From a virus (taxonomy: Duplodnaviria; Caudoviricetes), in the IMG/VR virus record IMGVR_UViG_3300020161_002845, positions 1 through 36,265 of that record: DNA of 36,265 bases; one strand, 5' to 3'. The notes beneath the pieces were generated by a model. That model made no database searches. It was given only the letters and a program-made list of their open reading frames with translations, and was not told the origin of the DNA. Within the stretch, counting starts at the first letter, position 1, and the number at the start of each line of letters is the position of its first letter. Shown one piece after another: positions 10,874 through 19,700 of the stretch. Both the position numbers and the translations under genes were made by a program.

Positions 10874-11935
10874 ATGCGAACACAACCAGGAAAACCTCCG
10901 CGGGACTTACTCGCAGCGGGGCCACTAATTGGCCTCGTAGGCGGAGCCGCCTATGCGCTGCACCGCAGGCGCCTCGGCAAACTCCCAGTGCGCGAGTTTT
11001 TTGACGATATAGCTTTGGGGACCGGTCTTGGCTGGATTCCGCAACTGACACGAGACGGTTTACGAGGGTTAGGTGTTATGAACAATCCCAGTGCGCTAAG
11101 TCCGACACGAGTGACAAAGACCGCTTCGAGTGCGGGTCGTGGTGCTGTGGTCGGCAATCTTCTCGGCGGTCCAGTTGGGGCCGGCGTCGGCGGCTGGGCT
11201 GGGAAGCGTGACGACCACCACTACCACGGTAGCCCCGGCTGGCGCGCTGCGGGCGGTGCGCTGGGCGGCGGTATTTTGGGCGCCGCGGCCGGCGTGGGAC
11301 TTGGTGCCCTTGCTTCCGCGGCCTCCAGAGACCCCCGGGTCGCGGCGGCCGTTATTCGACTGCTCGGTAGCTCCGGCGCTTTGGCCGGCAGTACGTTCGG
11401 CGCCTATGAGGGCGCCCGAAGTGTTCGCCATTCTCCTCGGCACTACAGCGACTTTCATGGACACCGAAAGCACGCGAACGCACAGCAGGCAGTACGCGAG
11501 GGGTTGCATCGTGCAACGTCGACTGGAGCACTCCTGGGAGCCGGCGCCGGTGGTGCAGCTGCGGGCCTAGCGGGCGCGGGCGTTACGCTCCCCCTACTGG
11601 CGGCGTTAGGTCCTGTAGGGTGGCTGGGAGGCGCTGGACTCGCTGGCGCGGGCGCCTTGGCGGGCGGTACGCTTGGAAGCGCGGGTCACCGCATTCGGTC
11701 TGCTATCAGGCAGCGCGCGGCCGACAAGGAACTGTATCGTGCCGCGGCGCGCAAGGTAGCTGAGTCCGGTACTCGCGGCGTGGTCGAGGAAGCTGGACAG
11801 GCGCCTGGACGCCGTATCAGCAAGCGCATGCTGGCGGCGGCTGGGGGTCTCGGCCTTGGTGGTTATCTGATCGGTAAGCGTCGTGGGTCTTCGCAAGCGG
11901 TAGAGGAGATGGCCAATGCCGGGGCTCAGCCTTAA
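10874..11935 (+). CDS. Gly/Ala-rich glycine-zipper protein, putative virion/membrane-inserting protein
   Basis: Several GxxxG hydrophobic segments (GGALGGGILGAAAGVGLGAL; GAGLAGAGALAGGTLG) separated by basic linkers. Fills the gap in the structural operon. Confidence 0.6.
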   Translation: MRTQPGKPPRDLLAAGPLIGLVGGAAYALHRRRLGKLPVREFFDDIALGTGLGWIPQLTRDGLRGLGVMNNPSALSPTRVTKTASSAGRGAVVGNLLGGPVGAGVGGWAGKRDDHHYHGSPGWRAAGGALGGGILGAAAGVGLGALASAASRDPRVAAAVIRLLGSSGALAGSTFGAYEGARSVRHSPRHYSDFHGHRKHANAQQAVREGLHRATSTGALLGAGAGGAAAGLAGAGVTLPLLAALGPVGWLGGAGLAGAGALAGGTLGSAGHRIRSAIRQRAADKELYRAAARKVAESGTRGVVEEAGQAPGRRISKRMLAAAGGLGLGGYLIGKRRGSSQAVEEMANAGAQP

Positions 11936-13169
11936 TCTGACGGGCGATGACCCTACGCCTACTGTCCTCGCACAGCAGGTGTCTGGTTCGCAGGTCCACG
12001 TGACTCTGACTTCGGGAGACTGGAGTCTGTACACCATCGATGCCGGTGCCGGTGACGGCTGGGCGCTGTACGGCCCGGCACACCATCCGTTACCGCTCGC
12101 GTTGTCGGGCTCCGCGACGGTCAAGGAAAGCAAGACGTTCACGCCGAAGGTCGCAGGACGTTACGTGATCGTGCTGAACGCGCGTCTCGCGTCCGACGAT
12201 AGCGCCGTGCGCCTTACCGCACTGTACGAAGTGAAGTCGGCGTACTGCGAGCAGTCTATCCTGACTCCGCAGGAGCGTGACGAGTACGAGACCAACACCG
12301 GTTGGGCGCGTAGCATCGAGAGTCACCTTCAATTGCTAACACGGCAATTAGGTGGTCGACGCTTAGCCGCGGTCAAGTACATCGGTGGGTCGGCCATCGC
12401 CGCTAATCGAGTAGTTAGGTTGACGGGTAGCCGTAATTTCAGCGCGTCCAGTCTCAACGCGTCGCAGCAGACGGACTACCTGTCGGAAGTAGTATTAACC
12501 GCTAATACTACGAATTCGGACAGCGAGGCGGTCGAGTCAGAACTGCTCGGGCTTACACTCTCGGCCATGGATCCTGGCGATACCGGGTACGTACTGCTCG
12601 ACGGGCTCATTCCGGGGGATTTCTCCGCGTGGGACGACTCGGATTACCTACTCGTCAATAGCACTGGAGCGCTGACGCACAGAGCGGGAACCTACGCACG
12701 CGTGTGTGGGAAGGTGCTTCGTGCCGCCGCCGGAACTGTTGGAACTGCGGATGGCGGATTGGCTTGGTTCGACGGCGTGAGTACGTTCACGCCTCCCAAG
12801 GAAATCTACGGCAGTCCGGTGCGTATCACCGGTCACGGCTTCTCTCTGGGCGACGCAATCCGCTTTGACGGGAACAGTAATACGTGGGTCGCTTCCCTGG
12901 CGGATACGCCGGATAACGCCGAGGTGTTCGGCATCGTGGTTTGGAAGAACACCGATACCGTGTGGCTGAGCAACGGGGGTCGGATCAAGAATCTGAATAC
13001 AGCCACCATCGTGGCCGGTGCGGGGCACTTCTTGTCGGACGAGTTCCCCGGGCTCATAACCGCATCGGCGCCGACAACAATTGACCATGTTCGCAAACCG
13101 CTGATGGTCGCCGATTCGGATACCAGTGGGTGGATCCAAATCGGACTTGGCGTAACGATTGTGGAGTGA
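11916..13169 (+). CDS. Virion structural protein (tail-fibre/cement-like domains)
   Basis: RBS GAGGAG 7 nt upstream. C-terminal GHGFSLGDAIRF..WVASLAD..AEVFGIV module of a kind common in phage virion proteins. Confidence 0.55.
   Translation: MPGLSLNLTGDDPTPTVLAQQVSGSQVHVTLTSGDWSLYTIDAGAGDGWALYGPAHHPLPLALSGSATVKESKTFTPKVAGRYVIVLNARLASDDSAVRLTALYEVKSAYCEQSILTPQERDEYETNTGWARSIESHLQLLTRQLGGRRLAAVKYIGGSAIAANRVVRLTGSRNFSASSLNASQQTDYLSEVVLTANTTNSDSEAVESELLGLTLSAMDPGDTGYVLLDGLIPGDFSAWDDSDYLLVNSTGALTHRAGTYARVCGKVLRAAAGTVGTADGGLAWFDGVSTFTPPKEIYGSPVRITGHGFSLGDAIRFDGNSNTWVASLADTPDNAEVFGIVVWKNTDTVWLSNGGRIKNLNTATIVAGAGHFLSDEFPGLITASAPTTIDHVRKPLMVADSDTSGWIQIGLGVTIVE
12493..12507. repeat. 15-bp palindrome site 5 (TATTAACCGCTAATA)
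   Basis: In CDS, VLTAN; 1 mismatch, and the symmetry extends to TAG..CTA. Confidence 0.88.
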
Positions 13170-13172
13170 CCG

Positions 13173-13340
13173 ATGTCGTCTACTACGTACACGCCCCCGA
13201 CACCGCGGCAGCCTTACCAGGATCTTGCTCTCGACGGGGAGGCCGACAACGACCCTATCGCGGGGTTGTCTGAGGATGTCGCCGAACTGGCTCTTGCTGT
13301 AGAGTCAGACCTTCTTGACGCGTTAACTCTCGATACGTAA
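13173..13340 (+). CDS. Small acidic hypothetical protein (55 aa), absent from the ORF track
   Basis: GGAG RBS, ATG 13173, TAA 13338-13340. MSSTTYTPPTPRQPYQDLALDGEAD..DALTLDT fills the gap between two genes. Confidence 0.65.
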   Translation: MSSTTYTPPTPRQPYQDLALDGEADNDPIAGLSEDVAELALAVESDLLDALTLDT

Positions 13341-13349
13341 GGAGCCGTC

Positions 13350-14297
13350 ATGGCTATCACTGTTCAGCACAAGAACGTTTTTACGATGTCTGCCGACGGC
13401 ACCACTGGCTACGCAGGCGCTATGCTGCTGGCGCTACACACCGCCCTGAGCGCGCACCCGGATAAGTACACAATTCTGGAAACCTCCGGAGGTGCGGACG
13501 GTCACGGCGACTGGTTCGTTTTCAAGCAGGTGGGTGGAACCTGGGAGATGTGGTTGGGCGCCTGCAACAACAGTACTACGCTGTGGTCTTCGGGTAACCG
13601 CGGCGATGTTGCAATTGACTCGTACACTCTGTGCGCGGCGCTCGCACCGGCCGGTGGATGGGACGTCGGAGTAGATCAGCCGGTCGACGGAACGATGTTC
13701 TCTAACGCGCCGCTCGGCGGCACGTACTGGACGAAGATTCAGTCCGCGGCATCGTACACGAACGGCGGAGACAACGGCGCTCCTAACGCAAACTGGTTGA
13801 CGATCATCAGTGACCCGGCGGTCGGCTACTTCTACGCGCTGTTCGACTACACCCAGAATAACAGCTGGAACCAGGGACTCGCGATTCTGCCGTACACGAG
13901 CACCAACTCGGCAGATGACGCGACTTATCCGCCGTTTTTGTGGATTGGCGGGGCCGTACACACGGCAGCGAGCGGCTGGCTCCGCGATGGTTCCGCGTCC
14001 GCCTACGGGGCGATGCTTCTGCCCGGTAATGCTACTGCCTGCAACGTGGTGTCGCGTTTTATGACGCTAGACGCGACAAATCAGCCCAATCCGCGCTCGG
14101 GCAAGTACGACACCTATCGACTTCCCATCAAGTCGACAGTTGCTGCAGTCATTCATCAGGCGGGGTTCATCTCCGCAGCGGCTATGCGTCAGATCGACTC
14201 GACGCGCGCCCAGCGCTCCCTTTTCAATGAGGGCGCGTGGCTGGTGCCGGGCGTGACTTCAGGGATGGTCATCCCGTGGGACGGTTCGGCACTCTGA
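13350..14297 (+). CDS. Putative virion structural/tail protein (315 aa)
   Basis: AAGGAG RBS. Trp/Gly-rich, beta-type composition, within the structural operon. Confidence 0.55.
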   Translation: MAITVQHKNVFTMSADGTTGYAGAMLLALHTALSAHPDKYTILETSGGADGHGDWFVFKQVGGTWEMWLGACNNSTTLWSSGNRGDVAIDSYTLCAALAPAGGWDVGVDQPVDGTMFSNAPLGGTYWTKIQSAASYTNGGDNGAPNANWLTIISDPAVGYFYALFDYTQNNSWNQGLAILPYTSTNSADDATYPPFLWIGGAVHTAASGWLRDGSASAYGAMLLPGNATACNVVSRFMTLDATNQPNPRSGKYDTYRLPIKSTVAAVIHQAGFISAAAMRQIDSTRAQRSLFNEGAWLVPGVTSGMVIPWDGSAL

Positions 14298-14298
14298 G

Positions 14299-14313
14299 TA
14301 TTAACGGTTAATA
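14299..14313. repeat. 15-bp palindrome site 6 (TATTAACGGTTAATA)
   Basis: Intergenic, just before the endolysin RBS; perfect. Confidence 0.95.
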
Positions 14314-14330
14314 TTAAGGAGATTGACTCC

Positions 14331-15101
14331 ATGTACACGGAAACGTTGACCGCTGTCGATTTTGCGAAGTTGGGTGTGTCTTTTGCGGATTTGTCGCACG
14401 GCGGGACCGTCAACAAAGTTCGCGGTTCTCGGCCGCTCGGCACCGTGGTACATACGCCTTCGGTGACCTTCGCCAATAAGGCACTCAGTAAGTTCAAGAC
14501 CGCGTACGGGCGCACACCGACGGCCGCCGAACTCGACGACTACGCGGCGCAGCTGTTCGACGTGGTGAAGTACCAGCCGAACTACATGATCGGGACGACT
14601 GGCAAACTCTTCTGCCTCGACGCTGACTGTTACCGGACGAGCCACGCCGGCGGCTTGGCTATGGACAGCCCGGTCGGAGATGTCTACTCCAATAACACTT
14701 GGCGGGACTGGGCGAGTCCTTCAGACGGCTCTGGCTGGCGTCGTCACGGTCGCCCAGGCAACGTGGTGTACGACTACTGGAATGCTGCGTGGCCAGGAGC
14801 GAAGTCGCCTCTGGATGTGTACCCGTGGGGCAAGTATCCCAATGAGGCGGTCGGCATCGACTTGCTGCCGAATCCGGCGAATGGGCACTACGTGCCGGAG
14901 CAGTTGGAGACGTTCAAGAAGCTAGTACGCGCGCTGGGCCAGCTCCACAATTTCCCGCTGGATTTGCGTCACAATGCCACGCACACGCTTGCGGCACCGG
15001 TCGAGCGCGGAACGCAGGTTGTTCACGGGAAGATCATTGGGGTGCACTGGGATCCGGATCGGCGTGTGTGGCCGCACGCTGACGTGATCGAGGAGCTGTA
15101 A
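14331..15101 (+). CDS. Endolysin, N-acetylmuramoyl-L-alanine amidase (Amidase_2-like)
   Basis: AAGGAG RBS. Motifs VVHT, SHAGG, AVGIDL, PEQLETFKKLVRAL, ATH..WDP match the Zn-amidase layout. Followed by a holin-like gene. Confidence 0.75.
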   Translation: MYTETLTAVDFAKLGVSFADLSHGGTVNKVRGSRPLGTVVHTPSVTFANKALSKFKTAYGRTPTAAELDDYAAQLFDVVKYQPNYMIGTTGKLFCLDADCYRTSHAGGLAMDSPVGDVYSNNTWRDWASPSDGSGWRRHGRPGNVVYDYWNAAWPGAKSPLDVYPWGKYPNEAVGIDLLPNPANGHYVPEQLETFKKLVRALGQLHNFPLDLRHNATHTLAAPVERGTQVVHGKIIGVHWDPDRRVWPHADVIEEL

Positions 15102-15106
15102 CGCAT

Positions 15107-15508
15107 ATGCTTCCACATCACCCACAGCGTGGCGTTGTCACCGGCTCGAAAATCCTCGGCTTTAGAAAGTTGCTCGCGTTCGTGGTCATCGCGGTATGCG
15201 GAACGGTGCTGCAGATTTTCGGGCAGCTGAACGAAGTATCGGCGACATTCCTGGCCGGAATTTTTCTGACGTACGTGGGTGGTAATGTGCGGGAGCATGC
15301 ACACAAAGCGCAGATCACGCCGGTGAAAGACACCGCGCCACAACCGACTGGCGCGCGCCCTCGACCGGGCGAACCCGCACCGTTCATCGAGGAGACTGAG
15401 TCGGACCGCACTAACTTCGACCCGGAGCGCCCCGCTGTTTCGCCAGAAGTCATGTTGAATCTGCTGGCCGAGCTGGCGACGGAACGCGCACAGAAAAATC
15501 GGAGATAG
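15107..15508 (+). CDS. Putative holin
   Basis: Two N-terminal hydrophobic segments (RKLLAFVVIAVCGTVL; ATFLAGIFLTYVGGNV) and a charged C-terminal tail, directly after the endolysin. Confidence 0.6.
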   Translation: MLPHHPQRGVVTGSKILGFRKLLAFVVIAVCGTVLQIFGQLNEVSATFLAGIFLTYVGGNVREHAHKAQITPVKDTAPQPTGARPRPGEPAPFIEETESDRTNFDPERPAVSPEVMLNLLAELATERAQKNRR

Positions 15509-15509
15509 C

Positions 15510-15686
15510 ATGGGTATTCTAACCACGATGCTTCGTGCGCTGGGTCTGATGAAAGAGGCGGCGGAGAAAGACGACACGGAAAAGAAAGAGTACGCCGCGC
15601 TGAAACGCGTCGCGACCGACGCCGAAAAGGCTGCCGCGGAGGCGGAGCGCGTGGCGATTGAACTGCGCAAGAAGGAGCAGAAGTGA
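15510..15686 (+). CDS. Small coiled-coil protein (58 aa), possible lysis accessory; absent from the ORF track
   Basis: GGAG RBS, ATG 15510. MGILTTMLRALGLMKEAAEKDD..ELRKKEQK. Its TGA overlaps the next GTG start (GTGA). Confidence 0.6.
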   Translation: MGILTTMLRALGLMKEAAEKDDTEKKEYAALKRVATDAEKAAAEAERVAIELRKKEQK

Positions 15687-15964
15687 GACTACGCATTGCA
15701 CTGCTACTACTGCTTCTCAGTCCCGCAATGTCGCGTGCAGACGAGACCGCTTCTCCGCTGGTTCCCGCCTGCCCGATTACACAGGCCGATCTGACGAAGG
15801 AGCGGATGGATACTTCCGCAGCCCTCATCAACTGCGCCACGGCGACACGGGCGCTCGTTGTCAAAGTCGAGAAGCTTGAAGACCCGCCTTCCCGGCTCAT
15901 GTGGCTTTCACTAGGACTCGCATCCGGCCTTGCTATCGGTCTCGCTGTCGGCTACGCGCGGTAA
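15683..15964 (+). CDS. Secreted, C-terminally anchored protein, possible spanin-like
   Basis: AAGGAG RBS. Signal peptide MRLRIALLLLLLSPAMSRA, two Cys, and a C-terminal TM segment LMWLSLGLASGLAIGLAVGY. Confidence 0.5.
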   Translation: MRLRIALLLLLLSPAMSRADETASPLVPACPITQADLTKERMDTSAALINCATATRALVVKVEKLEDPPSRLMWLSLGLASGLAIGLAVGYAR

Positions 15965-15986
15965 CACGCCCTCTTCTGCTTTCACC

Positions 15987-16016
15987 TTCAATCGTCATCT
16001 CTTCCTGTGCCATAAT
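15987..16016 (+). promoter_or_regulatory. Possible sigma70-type promoter
   Basis: TTCAAT-N18-CATAAT, with TG forming an extended -10, in an 87-bp pyrimidine-rich gap before 16052. Confidence 0.3.
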
Positions 16017-16051
16017 CCTTACCGTCTCTTCTCTCACGCGTAAGGAACACG

Positions 16052-16723
16052 ATGCTTTCCGACCCTCATTTCAACGAAGCGTTGCAGACCCGCGCTAACG
16101 TGCGTATTACCGTGCGGGAGCGCGGTAAGTTGGTGGCGGTGCGCGAGCAGCACAACGTGTTCACGAACACCGGCCGCGCATGGCAGGCGCTACTGTACGG
16201 TTCTCCGGATTACCAGACTGGCTCGGACCCGACGCCGCATGTCCAGACGCGAATCAAGTACGTGGGCTTCGGCTGCGGCGGCGCTCTCCAGACCGACACG
16301 CGGTTTGCGCGGCGTCAGCAGGAACTCATCACAGTCACGCATCTGGAAGATCCTGTTCCATTTTCTCGGAGCAGCAATGTGCGCCGGTACTTGAAAGAGT
16401 TGTACCCGCAGCAGCTCGGTTCATCGCTGAACTTTCCGAGTCCCTACCGATGCTGTCTCGTTTCCGACGTGCTGGAGAGCGAGATTTCGTTCATCAATAA
16501 CCGGACTCGCGTGTCGAACGTCGAGGTCGGCACGCTCGTGCCAATCTCTGAAATCGGGTTATACCTATCTTCTGCGCTGCCGTTCTTCACGCACCCCTCG
16601 CCGCAGAATGGCTCAGAGGCTGACCCTGCCACGGCGAATGAGCTGGTGGCGTACAACATCTTCGAACCCATCCCAATTACGCCGCAGTCTGGTGTGCGCG
16701 TAGAGTGGGAACTGCGGACTTGA
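16052..16723 (+). CDS. Baseplate/tail-fibre attachment-type structural protein
   Basis: HNVFTNTGR..IKYVGFGCGG..ISEIGLY..VEWELR pattern, typical of proteins preceding tail fibre genes. Confidence 0.6.
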   Translation: MLSDPHFNEALQTRANVRITVRERGKLVAVREQHNVFTNTGRAWQALLYGSPDYQTGSDPTPHVQTRIKYVGFGCGGALQTDTRFARRQQELITVTHLEDPVPFSRSSNVRRYLKELYPQQLGSSLNFPSPYRCCLVSDVLESEISFINNRTRVSNVEVGTLVPISEIGLYLSSALPFFTHPSPQNGSEADPATANELVAYNIFEPIPITPQSGVRVEWELRT

Positions 16724-16738
16724 GCAAGGAGTGCTGAG

Positions 16739-19700
16739 ATGAAATTTTTTGGACGCTTGTCTGGATCTACTCACGGTCCCGAGGCGCTTAGCACCACTGC
16801 GCCTCCGAGTACGCAGCTGCCGTTTGTTGCGCAAACGCCCGGTTCGAAGCTCATCGCGTATGGCGAGTTCGCATCTGCCGCAGCGCAGAACCGCCCCTTG
16901 GCGGCACTGCAGGAGAACATCGAGTTCCTGGCGGACATTCTGTTCTCCCCGGCGTTACGCGACGATCAGCTGGAGTACGAGCGGACGTCGGGCGGCGCCA
17001 CGTTCGGCTTTAGCGCCCTCAAAGACGTGGCGCAGGGGACGACAGAGATCAGTCTGGGTCTCGGAACGTACACTCCCGCAGTGTGGGTCTACCACGGTGT
17101 ACACCTCCCAACCGTAGACCAGTTCCTGCGCGCGACTCGCTACTTCTACGCGAATGCGACAAACCACGCGTGCTCAGTCGCCCCCAGCGACGTTCTGCAA
17201 TACTCCGGCGGCCCGAGTGTGTTCCCTGCTGCAGTCATTGGCGGGAGCGGGCAGCACGCTCTACCGTCCACGATTGCGCCGGTAAGACGTGCCCGCCCTG
17301 ACGTGTATCCGTATGAGGGGGCTACTGCGTCGCTCGCCATCGAACGTTGGGAGGAAGACGGCCCCATCATCGAGGACGGTTACACGTGGTCTCAGTTCCT
17401 TGCGCGCCCCGGCTGTTTCGTTGAAGTCTCTGGTACGGACTTGGCAACTGAGAACAACGGCTTATACCGCTTGGTGAACGCACGGCGGGCAGCATCCGGC
17501 GGCGATAAAGCGGTACTGACGCGCGGGGGGCTACACCGAGTTCGCGTCTCCGACGCGGCCAATTTCACGGCCGGAGAGCGACTTGCGTGGGCGTCATCGC
17601 CGAATCACACGTCCGACGCGGCCGTGGTTCGGGACAACTTCGCGTACGTCGTGTACATCATCGATAACTACCTGTATCTGTCGCAGCTGACCGCCGGGGA
17701 AGACTTCCCTACACTGGACGATGTGGCAGCGCGCGTGAACACTGATATTGCGGAGTACGGAGGTCGGAAGGCAGTTGGAAACGTCGGATTTCCAGACCAG
17801 GAAGAAGACACAACGTCCAATTGGTCGCTACCAGTCGGGACGCTCCTGTTCAATCCTGCAGAGGATTACGCGGCTGTTCTGGAAGTTCTTCCGGCCGGCT
17901 ATCCGGTTAGCTTCACCACGGGCGCTCTGCCGGGGCAGGCGTTCGTATGCAATCCAATCGGTTTCGCGCTGAATCCGGCCTTGGTGTTTGCCGCTGACGC
18001 ACTGCTGGAAGGCGATTACACCGTCGACTGCCGCACGCTAACCACGGTGCGGGAGCAGCTGGTTTCGCAGGGAAGTTCCGCGGCCCGCGGTGAGTTCGAA
18101 GACCCGGCTGGTCCGCTCGGTATTTCTCGTGAAGAGCTTTCGCTTTTGAAGAGCTACCTACGCTCAATCAAGAGTGGCGAGCAATTATTAACGGTTAATA
18201 CCAATGACTGGTATGCGCCAACTGCTCAGGTGCTCGGCGCGGGTCGTTGGCGAATCACAGTTGAGAACACGACCGACGCGGATATTACTGCTGACAGTCT
18301 CGTGTCCCCGAATACGACGCTGTACATCACGATCCATCCGACCGCGACGGGAGTGGCGACGACACGCTGCCGTGTTGTGTCCTGCGCGGGCAATCAGTTG
18401 GTGCTTTCGAACGTGAGCATCATTGGTTGGAATCAGGTGGCCCGCCGCACGGTCGCGCCGATCATTGCGAACGCGGTGAATGGGAGCGCTTCAGGCTTCT
18501 CTTTGTCTGGCAACCTGTTCTACGTCCGGAGCATCGACGCGTCTCCCGCGCTCACATCCACCGGCGGAGCGCACGGCATTCCGTACCCAGGTCTGGATGC
18601 GGCGTACAACAACGCATTCTCCCCGAATGAGTACGACCGTGGTGCGGGCAGTGGCCGCTACGTAGAGGTACTAGCGGGCAAGCCGATTTCGATGCTGCTG
18701 CATCCCACAAACGACGCCGACCGTCCGGTGGCCGTAGACGTGCTCTACGACACGAATAGCGAGGGAACGGGCGGCGGCTGCTCTGCCGTAAAGATTTCAC
18801 GCCGGTCCGACGACCTGTCCAGAGTTATTTACGGGTACAAATCTTTCATTTTCGAAGAAGGTGCCTCCGCGATTGACACAGCGTTCATCGGTACTGCCGG
18901 CTCTGTGTTGACACTCGGCGGAACGTCGCACACGGTCTTGGCGCTGCTAAGCTACACCAGCGGTATTCTACGCTTCTCGGATTTGAACACCGGGCTTGGT
19001 TACCGTATCCCGTTCACTACGACGAATGACTTGGTGCCGTCGAAGCTTCCTCTGGCACTCCAGGCCCCCAGCATCCTCGGCGCGCTCCACGGGCTAGACC
19101 TTGCGGACCACGACACGACACCCGCCATCGACCGAAACTTTGCTGTAACGGGGAGCGGCCTTCTGTACGCCGAGGGTAGCAAGACTCCTCTGGATTTCTA
19201 CCCCGATAGGCGTACGACCTTCGAGGCTGGGCGGACGCTCACCTTCTCTGATTCGTCGCATGCGGAAGTCGGCGGTGTAGGCGCGGTGGGCCTTAACGCC
19301 AGTTCCGTACTGTTTATCGAATATCTTACTGCCAACGGAACGCCGTTGACCCAGTACATCGGCGTCGCATCGTACACGCATCCCAATCTCGTCTTGGAGG
19401 CGGCGTTCGCCGGATTCGCCGTAGACGACACAGTCGCGCGGACGGACTGGGGCGCTGTCTCGAATCCGCTGTCGGTTGTGGTTGCCGACCACTACGTAGT
19501 TGTCCTGGGGCGCAAGTACCACGTCGAGGCGGCCACGCTGACCGCGACCGCGAACTCGACACAGTACGTTATCTACTCGATGTCGACAAATGCCGTAACG
19601 CTGGTGGGTGCAGATAACCCCCTGGTATCCACTGCGACTACCTTGACTGTTGGCCGCATTCGAACCACGGCGGCGGTCGCGCAGATTGAGGGCTTCCCCG

